This document shows positions 8,038 to 16,716 of a DNA stretch of 64,000 bases, piece by piece. The notes below the pieces were generated by a model. The model worked only from the letters and a program-made list of their open reading frames with translations, did not search any database and was not told the DNA's origin. Made by a program: the position numbers and the translations under genes. Numbering within the stretch: the first letter of the stretch is position 1; each line of letters begins with the position of its first letter. This DNA is from Deinococcus sp. (GTDB lineage: Bacteria > Deinococcota > Deinococci > Deinococcales > Deinococcaceae). The DNA lies in assembly GCF_965247185.1 (NCBI RefSeq), contig NZ_CBDFHA010000001.1:50215-114214 (forward strand), read 5' to 3'.

Positions 8038-10125
8038 ATGACCGCCTCCTCTGACCTGCCAGCCAGCGAGGTGCCTCTGAGCGAGCGCGCCGTCCTGCTC
8101 AGGGCCGAGGCCGTCCGCGCGCTCGACGCACAGCCCCAGCGTGCGGTGCCCGCCGTGCAGGACTACCGCGCCTTCGCCGACCTCCATGTGCTGACGGCGG
8201 CGGGTGCCCACAGCCGCCTGCTCCTGGCCCAGGCGCTGCTGCAAGCCGATGAGCCTCGAACGGCGCTGGAAGCCGTTGTCGCCGCTGCCCAGCTCTACCG
8301 CGCGCAGCAGGACGCGCTGGGTGAGGCTCAGGCGTGGAGTCTGGCAGGCAAGATCCACCGGGGTCTTGGGGCGTTCGAGGCTGCCGAAGAAGCCTTGCAG
8401 CATGCCGTCGCGTTGGTGCAGCGAGGATCGACCCCTGCCGAGCAGCAGGCACACGCCAGCGCGCTGAACCAGCTCGCGGGCGTGCAGTTTCACCGGGGCG
8501 GGTCTGCCGAGGCGCTGCTTTCGCTGGAGCTGGCCCTGGGCGTGTATACGGCGCAGGCAAACGCTTCCGGGCAGGCGAGCTGCCTGACCAACATCGCCAC
8601 CATCCAGGACGCCCTTGGGCAATACCACGCGGCCATTCAGACCATCGGACGCGCCTACGCGCTCTACAAGACCCAGCTCCCGGAGCCGCGTTCGGAAGCC
8701 TTCATCCTCAATACGCTTGCCCGGCTTCACGCTTCCAGTCAGGACATCAAGCTGGCGACCGAGGTCGGGAGGTCGGCGCTGCTGGCGGCGCAGGCCAGTC
8801 AGGACGCCGTGCTGACGGCCACGACGCGGCTCAATCTGGGAACCTTCCACCTGCAAGCGGGGCAGTACGAATCTGCCGCCCTGCACCTTCAGGCAGCCCT
8901 GGAGGAGAGCCGGGCGCTGGAATACCGCGCCGGGGAACTCTCGACCCTCGACAGCCTGGGCATGCTGCATCAGCAGACCGGGCGAATGGCCGACGCCCGC
9001 GAGGCCTTCACCGAGGCGCTGGCGCTGGCCCTCGATCTGGAAGATACCCAGGGCGAACTGGACTCGCGGCTGCACCTGGCGACTGTTGACCTGCTGCTGG
9101 GCGACCTTGAAGCGGCTGAACAGCAGGTGAGGCGAGGCTTGGAGCTGTCGGTCAACGCTCACAGCCCGAAGGAAGAGGCCGAGGCCCACCGCATCCTGGC
9201 CGAACTCTTCGCGCGGCAGAGTGATTACCGCCGGGCCTTCGAGCACAGCCAGGAGCATCTGCGGGTGCGGGGGCAACTGTTCGATGTCGAGCGTGACCGG
9301 CAGACCCGCAATCTCAGCATTCAGTTCGAGGTTGAGCGCGTCAGGCATAACGCCGATGTCTCCCGGCTCCAGACCGAGACGGAGCAGCGTGCCCGCGAAC
9401 GCGCCGAACTGGTGGTGGTCGAGCGGACCGCCGAACTCGCGCGCGCTCAGCACGAGGTCGTGACGCGCCTGGCGCTGGCTGCCGAGTACCGTGACGACAC
9501 CACCGGAGCGCATACCAAGCGCGTCGGACAGGCGGCAGCCCGCATCGCCCGCGCTCTGGGCTGGTTGCCGGAACGCGCGGAGATTCTGGGCGTCGCGGCC
9601 CGCCTGCACGATGTCGGAAAGATCGGGATTCCCGACGCGGTTTTGCTCAAGGCCGGAAAACTGAGCGCCGAAGAATTCGAGCAGATGAAGACCCACACCC
9701 TGATCGGCGCGCGAATCCTGTCGGGAGGGCGCTCGGAACTGCTGCGCCTGGCTGAGGAGATCGCGCTGACGCACCACGAACGCTGGGACGGCAGCGGCTA
9801 TCCAAACGGCCTGCGTGCCGAACAGATTCCGCTAACGGGCCGAATCGTGGCGCTGGCGGACGTTTACGACGCGCTGACACAGGAGCGGCCCTACAAGCGG
9901 GCCTGGACGCCCCAGGAAGCGCTGAAGGAACTTCAGAGTCAGGCGGGCACCCACTTTGACCCGCTGATTGTTCAAACGGCCCTGCGTGTGCTTGCCGTCC
10001 CCGCGTCGGCACCGCCGCAACCACATCCTTCGGCACCAGGCGACCAACCGGAGCCAGGTCAGGACGACGCCCCAGCTCTGTCGGACGGCTGCCGTGAAGT
10101 CGACGCGGCTTCATGCGAAGAATGA
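8038..10125 (+). CDS. TPR-repeat / coiled-coil / HD-GYP domain protein (putative c-di-GMP phosphodiesterase)
   Basis: 695 aa. The N-terminal half has repeated TPR-like A/L-rich helices. The C-terminal part has RLHDVGKIGIPDAVLLK ... HHERWDGSGYPNGL, i.e. the HD and GYP signatures. Confidence 0.85.
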   Translation: MTASSDLPASEVPLSERAVLLRAEAVRALDAQPQRAVPAVQDYRAFADLHVLTAAGAHSRLLLAQALLQADEPRTALEAVVAAAQLYRAQQDALGEAQAWSLAGKIHRGLGAFEAAEEALQHAVALVQRGSTPAEQQAHASALNQLAGVQFHRGGSAEALLSLELALGVYTAQANASGQASCLTNIATIQDALGQYHAAIQTIGRAYALYKTQLPEPRSEAFILNTLARLHASSQDIKLATEVGRSALLAAQASQDAVLTATTRLNLGTFHLQAGQYESAALHLQAALEESRALEYRAGELSTLDSLGMLHQQTGRMADAREAFTEALALALDLEDTQGELDSRLHLATVDLLLGDLEAAEQQVRRGLELSVNAHSPKEEAEAHRILAELFARQSDYRRAFEHSQEHLRVRGQLFDVERDRQTRNLSIQFEVERVRHNADVSRLQTETEQRARERAELVVVERTAELARAQHEVVTRLALAAEYRDDTTGAHTKRVGQAAARIARALGWLPERAEILGVAARLHDVGKIGIPDAVLLKAGKLSAEEFEQMKTHTLIGARILSGGRSELLRLAEEIALTHHERWDGSGYPNGLRAEQIPLTGRIVALADVYDALTQERPYKRAWTPQEALKELQSQAGTHFDPLIVQTALRVLAVPASAPPQPHPSAPGDQPEPGQDDAPALSDGCREVDAASCEE
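9445..9987 (+). other. HD-GYP domain (approximate boundaries)
   Basis: Covers about aa 470-650 of the 8038-10125 product: AEYRDDTTGAHTKRV ... HDVGK ... HHERWDGSGYP ... DVYDALT. Confidence 0.75.
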
Positions 10126-10401
10126 GTTCTGGTGTGCTGGACAGCCGATCAAATTAATCCTATCAACATCAGACAGCACTATTGTTGCGCGCGCAAACAA
10201 CTTCTGGTGGGTTTTCGGTTAATATCTCCTCTATGAAGTGCTTTTGTCTACAACCCAAGATGTTCGTCACTTCTGGTTACCTGGAAGACTCGTGAGGCTT
10301 TGAGATGATTTCACATCCTTTCGAGTTGACTGTACTGTGTACGTACTGCCTGTGAATGTGCGTCATCGATGTCTCGAAGCGGCACAAGGGCGTACAGACG
10401 G

Positions 10402-11451
10402 CTAACCATCCGCCCTTTCAGGCAATGCTGGAGGCACCACCAGGGCGCTGAGGGCCAGACCGCCCAGCGCGGCCATGACGCAGACGCCCGTCCATAGCTC
10501 CAGGCTGGCTCCCAGCAAGGTGGCCCGCCCGGAACCGACGAAAAAGGGTACCCACAGCAGCGGCGGCAGCAGGGCTGCAAAGGCCCGGAACGCCAGCGGG
10601 CGACTCGGCGAGGGGAGCAGCCACCTGAGGAGCAGGTCGGCGGCCAGGCCGCTGCCCAGCGCCAGCAGGAGGACAGCGGGAGCCGCGTCCAGCCCCACCG
10701 TCATTCCCCGCATCAGCAGGGTATTCAGGCCATACATCAGCGTCACCGCCCCCAACGGGAGGGTCCAGCGGCGCAGAAGCAGCAGCACCGGGGCTGTCAG
10801 CAGCAGCGAGGTGAGCAGCGTCGAGGTCGCGAAGCTGCGCGCTCCCTGAAAGCTGCTGGCGTCGGGCAAATCGACCAGCGCCCAAGCGTACATATGTATG
10901 AACGAGGCGAAACAGAGCGCCGCCGTCATCGAGAGTACGGCGGGCCAGACCAGTGCCGCGCCGCTACGCCGGGAACTGGGGGCGCGCCAGTTGGCGACCA
11001 GCGGGGATAATACCAGCAGTTCGGCCCCCAGGAACAGCAGCAGGTGGGTGGGCGAGAGCAGCGCGTCGATCCCCACCTCGATGCCGAACAGGGTGTGCCA
11101 GGTCAGGTCGCCCAGGCCGCCCACCCCGAAGACCACCACGCCCACGGCTCCCTGTTCGTAGCCCGTCGGAAAGGCCCGCAGCCCGCGCTGGCCGGTCTTC
11201 CAGCCCTGTCGGCCCAGCCAGCCGATCCAGAGCGCCGTCGCCAGGAAGCCGCTGTAAAAGACGGCGTGCCAGGGCGTGAAGAAGGTCTCCAGTCGGTCTC
11301 CGAGATGGTTGTGTGCCCAGCCGTCCACGAAGATGCCGGCCATCAGCCAGAAAGCCACCAGCAGCGTCACGACGTTCTGGGCAGGGCTGGCAAACCAGCG
11401 CGGCATGGGCAAGCCTGAAGACGTGGACGGGCCATACGGCTGGGTGGTCAT
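10402..11451 (-). CDS. polytopic integral membrane protein, function unknown
   Basis: 349-aa ORF with about 9-10 hydrophobic segments. GGAGG lies 5 nt upstream of the ATG at 11451. I recognise no family motif. Confidence 0.6.
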   Translation of the reverse strand: MTTQPYGPSTSSGLPMPRWFASPAQNVVTLLVAFWLMAGIFVDGWAHNHLGDRLETFFTPWHAVFYSGFLATALWIGWLGRQGWKTGQRGLRAFPTGYEQGAVGVVVFGVGGLGDLTWHTLFGIEVGIDALLSPTHLLLFLGAELLVLSPLVANWRAPSSRRSGAALVWPAVLSMTAALCFASFIHMYAWALVDLPDASSFQGARSFATSTLLTSLLLTAPVLLLLRRWTLPLGAVTLMYGLNTLLMRGMTVGLDAAPAVLLLALGSGLAADLLLRWLLPSPSRPLAFRAFAALLPPLLWVPFFVGSGRATLLGASLELWTGVCVMAALGGLALSALVVPPALPERADG

Positions 11452-11726
11452 CGAAGCCTCCTTGATGTCACCACGTTACCGCAAGTCCAGCGGGCCAGAG
11501 GTGAAGAGCCGAATGTTCAGGGTGGGCGTCGCCATGACCCTCAGCGCTTATCTGTGATATACGAAGATTTTACACGGCTGGCACAGAATAGAGGGCAAGC
11601 GCTTCCACTCACCCTGCAAGAAAAAGGCTTCTTGTCAGATTGCACGCTTCCTCTGTCACCTCAGCGCTTGAGGGCTGCTGGGCGGCGACACGCGCCGGGA
11701 TCGATGGGCGCGCCAGGCGGTGAACG

Positions 11727-12407
11727 ATGACTCAGCTTCCTACCGGCTTCAGCAGTTCCCTGTGGCCCGCGCGGATCGCCATTCTGGCCATCATCGCACT
11801 CCAGGTGCTGCTCAATGAACGGTTGACGGCGGGGCCGAACTGGCTGCTTCCGGCCCTGGAAGCGGCGCTGCTGATCCCGCTGTCGGTGGTTCGCCACGCT
11901 CAGGCGCGGCAGTCCGCGTCGCCCTCCGCCCAGGGCTGGCTTCCCTCCCACGGGGCGTCACGGGTCCTGGCCTTCGTATTGATCGCGCTGCTGAATCTGG
12001 CAAATCTGGTCTCCCTGTTGCTGCTGGTGCAGGCGCTGCTGCACGGCAGCAAGGCCACCGGACGGCTGCTGCTGATCAACGCCCTGAACATCTGGCTGAC
12101 CAACATCATCGTCTCCGCGCTGTGGTACTGGGAACTTGACCGGGGCGGCCCGCTCAAGCGGCAGTGGCGGCAGGAACGCGCGCCTGACCTGCTGTTCCCC
12201 CAGATGGCGGCAGCGAGCGGGCCGGGGGACTGGACGCCGAGCTTCGTGGACTATCTGTTCGTGGCCTTTACCAACGCTACGGCCTTTTCGCCCACCGATA
12301 CCCTGCCGCTGACCCAGAACGTCAAGCTGCTGATGATGGTACAGGCCGCCACCTCGCTCCTGACCATCGCCCTGGTCGCCAGCCGCGCCGTCAATATCCT
12401 CGCCTGA
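11727..12407 (+). CDS. integral membrane protein (DUF1345-like, tentative)
   Basis: 226 aa with about 5 TM segments. The C-terminal FVDYLFVAFTNATAFSPTD segment resembles the DUF1345 signature as I remember it. This was not verified. Confidence 0.55.
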   Translation: MTQLPTGFSSSLWPARIAILAIIALQVLLNERLTAGPNWLLPALEAALLIPLSVVRHAQARQSASPSAQGWLPSHGASRVLAFVLIALLNLANLVSLLLLVQALLHGSKATGRLLLINALNIWLTNIIVSALWYWELDRGGPLKRQWRQERAPDLLFPQMAAASGPGDWTPSFVDYLFVAFTNATAFSPTDTLPLTQNVKLLMMVQAATSLLTIALVASRAVNILA

Positions 12408-12428
12408 CGAGCTATCTTCGCAGAAATC

Positions 12429-12456
12429 GGCCATGCCCGACTCTCCGGGCATGGCC
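12429..12456. terminator. GC-rich hairpin (11-bp perfect stem, 6-nt loop) between convergent genes
   Basis: GGCCATGCCCG-actctc-CGGGCATGGCC, 22 nt after the stop of the 11727-12407 gene. There is no clear U-tract. Confidence 0.5.
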
Positions 12457-12531
12457 ACGCTGATTCAGGCAGCATAAGGGGCGTGTTGCTACTGCCAGAT
12501 CGATCAGGATGGTGCAGCCCCGAACAGCAGC

Positions 12532-12565
12532 GAGGAGGGCCATCCACTCAGGAATGGCCCTCCTC
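12532..12565. terminator. GC-rich hairpin (12-bp perfect stem, 10-nt loop) between convergent genes
   Basis: GAGGAGGGCCAT-ccactcagga-ATGGCCCTCCTC, just downstream (on the minus strand) of the stop of the 12588-13790 gene. Confidence 0.5.
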
Positions 12566-12587
12566 GCCCAGCCGAGTTCTCTCTGCG

Positions 12588-13790
12588 CTAGTCCTTTTTC
12601 TGAAGGCCCTGTCTCCAGTCTTCAGCCACCTTGCCCGCCGCTTCCCGCCCGCCCAGCCCAAAGGCCAGCGCGAAGGCCACAGCCAATGCTCCCAGCGTCA
12701 GTCCGAAGGCCAGGTTCACAATCTGGAGCGCGATGCCCATCTGTTGCAGCGCCATCGCGCCGAACAAGGCCAGCGTCGCCACCCTGGCGACATTGCTCAG
12801 CAGCTTGCTCTGTGCCCCGGCACTGCTGGAGATGAGCTGCGCGGCCAGATTCGCCAGATAGATGCCGATGGCAAAGATCACCAGGCCCGCCAGCACCTTC
12901 CCCGCAACCACGATCAGTTGGGCCAGCAAACTCGCCAGCGCCGCGAAGGCCAACAGATTGAGCGCCGCCTGCGCCGCGAACAGGATGATCGCCACCATCA
13001 CCACCGTGCCCACGATCTTCGAGGGAGTGGTGGCCGGGGCGCTGCCGACCTTGACGGAGGCGGAAGGCGCGGTGCCCAGACCGAGCGCCTGCGGCAGCCG
13101 ATCAAAGCCGATCCCTGTCAACAAGCTGGACACCAGCTCGGCCACCAGTCGGCCCACGAAATAGGCGACGCCGATCAGCAGCGCGGCGCTCAGCACGCCG
13201 GGGATCGCGCCCAGGAAGCGGTCGATCAGATTCTGCACCGGCTGCGCCACAGCGGGGAGGCCCAGCGCTCCCAGCGTGGCGCTGATCACTGGCAGCAAGA
13301 TCAGGACGTACACCACCAGCCCGAGCAGGGCAGACAGACTGGTGCTGCCGCTCAGACCCAGCCGAGCACCGTAGCGGTCGAGGCCGGTGCTGAACGACGT
13401 GACCAGGTTGCGTACCAGCCGAGCCACGAACAAGCCGATAAAGAGGATCAGCACTGCTCCGAACAGCCGGGGCAGGGCGGCGATCACGGTGCTGACCAGG
13501 CCGGTCAGCGGGAGCAGCAGGGTCCCCACACCCAGGTTGGCCAGGATGGTCGGCAGGAACAACAAGATGACCAGAAAATAGGAAAGGTCGCCGAGCGGTT
13601 TGACCAGCGCGGCGGGCTTGCTGGGATCGTGAGTGAGTCTCTCATCGAGGCGCAGACGCTTCAGGACGTTCACCACCACGCTGCGGACGATGGCCGCCAC
13701 GACCAGCGCGACGATGATCAGGAGGACGGCGGTAACGATGCTGGGCAGATAGGCGACGGCGCGGTTGTAGTAGTCCGTGAACACGTTCAT
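12588..13790 (-). CDS. membrane protein with conserved TM-helix repeats (mechanosensitive-channel-related N-terminal type)
   Basis: I chose the start at 13790 (MNVFTDYYNRAVAYLPSIVTAVLLI...) because GGAGG lies 4 nt upstream. Repeated units of the type LP..V.A.LLL.IG..VA..V resemble the TM_helix repeat family. Confidence 0.6.
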   Translation of the reverse strand: MNVFTDYYNRAVAYLPSIVTAVLLIIVALVVAAIVRSVVVNVLKRLRLDERLTHDPSKPAALVKPLGDLSYFLVILLFLPTILANLGVGTLLLPLTGLVSTVIAALPRLFGAVLILFIGLFVARLVRNLVTSFSTGLDRYGARLGLSGSTSLSALLGLVVYVLILLPVISATLGALGLPAVAQPVQNLIDRFLGAIPGVLSAALLIGVAYFVGRLVAELVSSLLTGIGFDRLPQALGLGTAPSASVKVGSAPATTPSKIVGTVVMVAIILFAAQAALNLLAFAALASLLAQLIVVAGKVLAGLVIFAIGIYLANLAAQLISSSAGAQSKLLSNVARVATLALFGAMALQQMGIALQIVNLAFGLTLGALAVAFALAFGLGGREAAGKVAEDWRQGLQKKD

Positions 13791-14436
13791 GCGACCTCCG
13801 AAGACCGCGCGGCGCACCGTCGGCCTTCTGCCTTCACCTTAGAGACTGCAACTCTTTCTTATATCTATCATCATTGGTCGATTGCTCATGATTGCTCATC
13901 TGGCGGTGGCTCGCTGGGGTGGCCTGCCACGTCCTAGCGAGAGGCTCCGCGAATCACCCGCGCTGAGTGGAAATCCCTGAACGTCCTCACTCAGTCGGAA
14001 AAGTCCTCAAACGAGCCTTTAACTGCTTCGCACTAACGTGATTTAGTTCTAAAACCTTCTGGAGTTCAACCTGGCGCTGCCTCCGCCCGCCTTCATTCCT
14101 CTCAGGTCGCAGGTGTAGGTCCCGTCAGCGCAAGGCGGGACTTTGATCGGGCCTCGGCTCCCCAGCAATTCGGCAGGTCTGCCTGCTGTCTGACCGATAT
14201 GACGGTCATGGAGGTGACGAAAACGACGTCTGGGCGGGCATGCTTCTCAATTTTCCTTTTATGTGAGCGCGAGCAGTCCAGCAGGCGGATGAGAGTACCC
14301 CCGACGAAACTCAAAAAGACACACAGCGTTCACATGGCGGCGTCAGATTGACATCAAGGAAAGGGGGCTTGGGTGTGCGGCACAGCCACGCCAGCGATAC
14401 GTCGAGCGCCTCGCCCTACCAACAGGAGGAACAGGA

Positions 14437-15807
14437 ATGCTCAGATCACGTGTTGTCTCTTCCCTCGCTCCATTTGCGCTGCTGACCCTGGCGCTGGTCT
14501 CGTGTGGAGGCCCGCTGACGCCGGTCAGCTCCGCGCCCCAGACCAGCCCGTCCAGCGCTCAAATCATCACCGTCAATGTGCGTCCTCAGACCAGCGAGGC
14601 CGACCTGCTCAGCCGTTACCCCGGCGGCCAGGTGCTCGCGCTGCACGCCGACGAGGGCTACGCCCAGTTGCTGCTGAGCGCCGACGCCCTGAGCCGCCCG
14701 GTCATCGGCACCCTCAGCCTGAACGCCCAGTCTCTGAGCGTCGCGGCCAGCGAACCTGATCTTCTGCTCACAGCAGGCGATACGGCTCCTGCCAGCGCGT
14801 CCACGGCCAGCCTCCAGACGCTGGGTCTGGACGATCCCGAAGCGCAGGGCAACAGTGCCTGGGCCGGCGGTAACAGTGCCTGGGCGGGAGGCAACAGTGC
14901 CTGGGCGGGGGGCCTGAGCAGCGGCCCCTTCACGACTCTCAAAGAGAATCTGGGGCTGTGGAACCTGGTCAATCTCAGCAGCGGTCAGACAATGGCTCCC
15001 GCGCTGGGTAAGGGTGTGCGCGTGGCGGTGCTGGATACCGGCGTGGATTTGAACCACCCAGCTTTTGCTGGGCACCTGGATACAGCGTCCGGCTGGGATT
15101 ACGTCGGCAACGACAATGTTGAGCAGGACGAGCCGGGCAAAAGCCCCGGTTTGAGCAAGGCCTACGGACACGGCACCGCTGTGGCGGGTGTGATCTTGCA
15201 GGTCGCCCCGAATGTCACCATCGTTCCGTTTCGCGTGCTCAGCCCCGATGGTTCCGGCAGCCTTTCGAACATCATCATGGCCGTGAACGACGCTGTGAAG
15301 AGCAATGTCAAGGTCATCAACATGTCGCTCGGCACGGTTACGCCTTCCGCCGCTCTCAATGCCGCCATCACCAGCGCCATCAGGAAGGGCATCATGGTGG
15401 TCGCCAGCAGCGGCAATTCAGGCGACGAAAACGTGACCTACCCTGCGCGCTCCTCAATCGAGATGCAGGTAAGCCTGGGTGGCGGACTGATCGGGGTCGC
15501 CAGCGTCAACAAGGATGACATGAAGTCCAGCTTCTCGACCTATGGCCTGGGTATCGACCTGCTGGCCCCCGGCGAGTCGGTGGCGACGGCCTTCCCGAAC
15601 AATCAGCGCACCAACGCCACCGGCACCTCGTTCGCTGCGCCCATCGTAAGCGGCGCGGTGGCTCTGGCGATCTCTGCCGGACGCACCGACGTGATCGCGC
15701 TCTACAAGAGCCTCAAGCTGAGTGCGATGGCCCCCATGGACTTCAATTATATGAGCAAGTTGGGCAACGGCACGCTCAATGTCGCCAAGTTGATGGTGAC
15801 AAAATGA
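14437..15807 (+). CDS. S8 (subtilisin-like) serine peptidase, lipoprotein; paralog of 6672-8015
   Basis: It has a lipobox (LVSCG). The catalytic motifs are AVLDTGVDLNHPAF, GHGTAVAGVI and GTSFAAPIVSGA. An AGGAGG RBS precedes the ATG. Confidence 0.85.
   Translation: MLRSRVVSSLAPFALLTLALVSCGGPLTPVSSAPQTSPSSAQIITVNVRPQTSEADLLSRYPGGQVLALHADEGYAQLLLSADALSRPVIGTLSLNAQSLSVAASEPDLLLTAGDTAPASASTASLQTLGLDDPEAQGNSAWAGGNSAWAGGNSAWAGGLSSGPFTTLKENLGLWNLVNLSSGQTMAPALGKGVRVAVLDTGVDLNHPAFAGHLDTASGWDYVGNDNVEQDEPGKSPGLSKAYGHGTAVAGVILQVAPNVTIVPFRVLSPDGSGSLSNIIMAVNDAVKSNVKVINMSLGTVTPSAALNAAITSAIRKGIMVVASSGNSGDENVTYPARSSIEMQVSLGGGLIGVASVNKDDMKSSFSTYGLGIDLLAPGESVATAFPNNQRTNATGTSFAAPIVSGAVALAISAGRTDVIALYKSLKLSAMAPMDFNYMSKLGNGTLNVAKLMVTK
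14848..14910 (+). repeat. 3 x 21-nt tandem repeat encoding (G)NSAWAGG three times
   Basis: The units are ggcaacagtgcctgggccggc / ggtaacagtgcctgggcggga / ggcaacagtgcctgggcgggg, in frame within the pro-region of the second S8 peptidase. Confidence 0.9.
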
Positions 15808-16074
15808 GCCGCACTCGCCGCAGCTCTAGAAAGAGTCGTCCACTGCTCCAACGTCGTCCAGGCCTGCATGCGGGGAGCCGTGGCGTCTGGAAGGAGCGCC
15901 GGCTGGGAGGCGGTGTTGTCGCCTCGCGGCTCAGCCGTCATCCGCTGGGTCTCTGGAGCGACGCACAATCCGGGTATCAACTTTTTCACAAGGCCTGACA
16001 CCCAATTTCGTACCATGCGGGAAGAGATTGGACGTTCTTCCCTGGCCGCGAACCCCTTCCTTGCCTCCATGCCC

Positions 16075-16116
16075 GCTTCCTGTCCAAAACAGCGCCGATG
16101 ACGACGCTTGGCCGCT
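16075..16116 (+). repeat. dispersed ~42-nt repeat family, copy
   Basis: gcttcctgtccaaaacagcgccgatgacgacgcttggccgct. By hand alignment, 35/42 positions are identical to the copy at 62489-62530. Intergenic. Confidence 0.7.
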
Positions 16117-16133
16117 GGTCAAACCCATTTCAC

Positions 16134-16183
16134 AACCGCAGCGAATCCGGTCAAGCTTTCTCCTGGCCGGATTCGCTGCGGTT
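16134..16183. repeat. perfect 17-bp inverted repeat with 16-nt loop
   Basis: AACCGCAGCGAATCCGG-tcaagctttctcctgg-CCGGATTCGCTGCGGTT. It is intergenic, 17 nt downstream of the repeat copy at 16075-16116. Confidence 0.9.
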
Positions 16184-16201
16184 CGTCCATGTCTCAGAAG
16201 C

Positions 16202-16228
16202 TGTGCAGAGGAACATCACCTCTGCACA
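16202..16228. terminator. 10-bp perfect hairpin (7-nt loop) downstream of the HxlR gene
   Basis: TGTGCAGAGG-aacatca-CCTCTGCACA, 44 nt beyond the minus-strand stop at 16272. On the plus strand it is followed by cttcatttgc. Confidence 0.4.
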
Positions 16229-16271
16229 CTTCATTTGCAAGCTCCAACAGGACGACGCAGGCCACCAACAG

Positions 16272-16655
16272 CTACGACGGCTGCTGCCCCGCTGCCCACT
16301 GGTAGGCCCAGTCCGCCAGGGCGGCCATCACGGCGCGCAGGCCCAGCCCCTTCTCGGTCAGCCGGTACTCGATGCGCACCGGGGTCTCGGCGAAGACGTG
16401 CCGCTCCAGCACCCCCGCTGCCTCCAGTTCCTTGAGCCGGGTGCTGAGCGTTCGGGCGCTCAGGCCGGGAATGACCGTCTCCAGGTCGCCAAAGCGCCGA
16501 TGCCCGTGGAACAGCGCCCAGATAATGGCCGCTGTCCAGCGCTTTCCCACCAGTTCGCTGGCCTCCAGGAAGACGGGGCTGAGGGGGCCTTCCAGCGTGC
16601 TACGGTCTGAGGTCACGGGGCCATTGTAAGCCGCCCCACTGGTATCAGAATACAA
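16272..16655 (-). CDS. HxlR-family winged-helix transcriptional regulator
   Basis: KRWTAAIIWALFHGHRRFGDLETVIPGLSARTLSTRLKELEAAGVLERHVFAETPVRIEYRLTEKG is the canonical HxlR domain. The gene is divergent from an SDR gene, a common pairing. Confidence 0.85.
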   Translation of the reverse strand: MYSDTSGAAYNGPVTSDRSTLEGPLSPVFLEASELVGKRWTAAIIWALFHGHRRFGDLETVIPGLSARTLSTRLKELEAAGVLERHVFAETPVRIEYRLTEKGLGLRAVMAALADWAYQWAAGQQPS

Positions 16656-16716
16656 CCAGCTATAAAAATGTTAGTAATTGGCAGGATAGCGAATCGCTCG
16701 CCGCCGAGGGGGCCTG

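Noticed and set aside
10182-10200. TTGTTGCGCGCGCAAACAA quasi-palindrome between the convergent HD-GYP and membrane protein genes. I considered it as an operator or bidirectional terminator.
   Set aside because: It is an imperfect palindrome. As RNA it gives only about 7 bp with a bulge and a 4-nt GC loop. There is no second copy and no U-tract. The evidence is too weak to call.
14102-14314. 70-aa minus-strand ORF in the lower-GC spacer upstream of the second S8 peptidase. I considered it as a transposase fragment or small regulator.
   Set aside because: It has no recognisable motif, poor coding character and no RBS. It could still be a decayed gene fragment. BLASTX would settle this.
14848-14910. 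Regularly spaced 21-nt repeats, considered as a possible CRISPR array.
   Set aside because: The units are directly adjacent with no spacers, they lie in frame inside a peptidase ORF, and they encode a peptide repeat. No cas genes or repeat-spacer architecture occur anywhere in the window.
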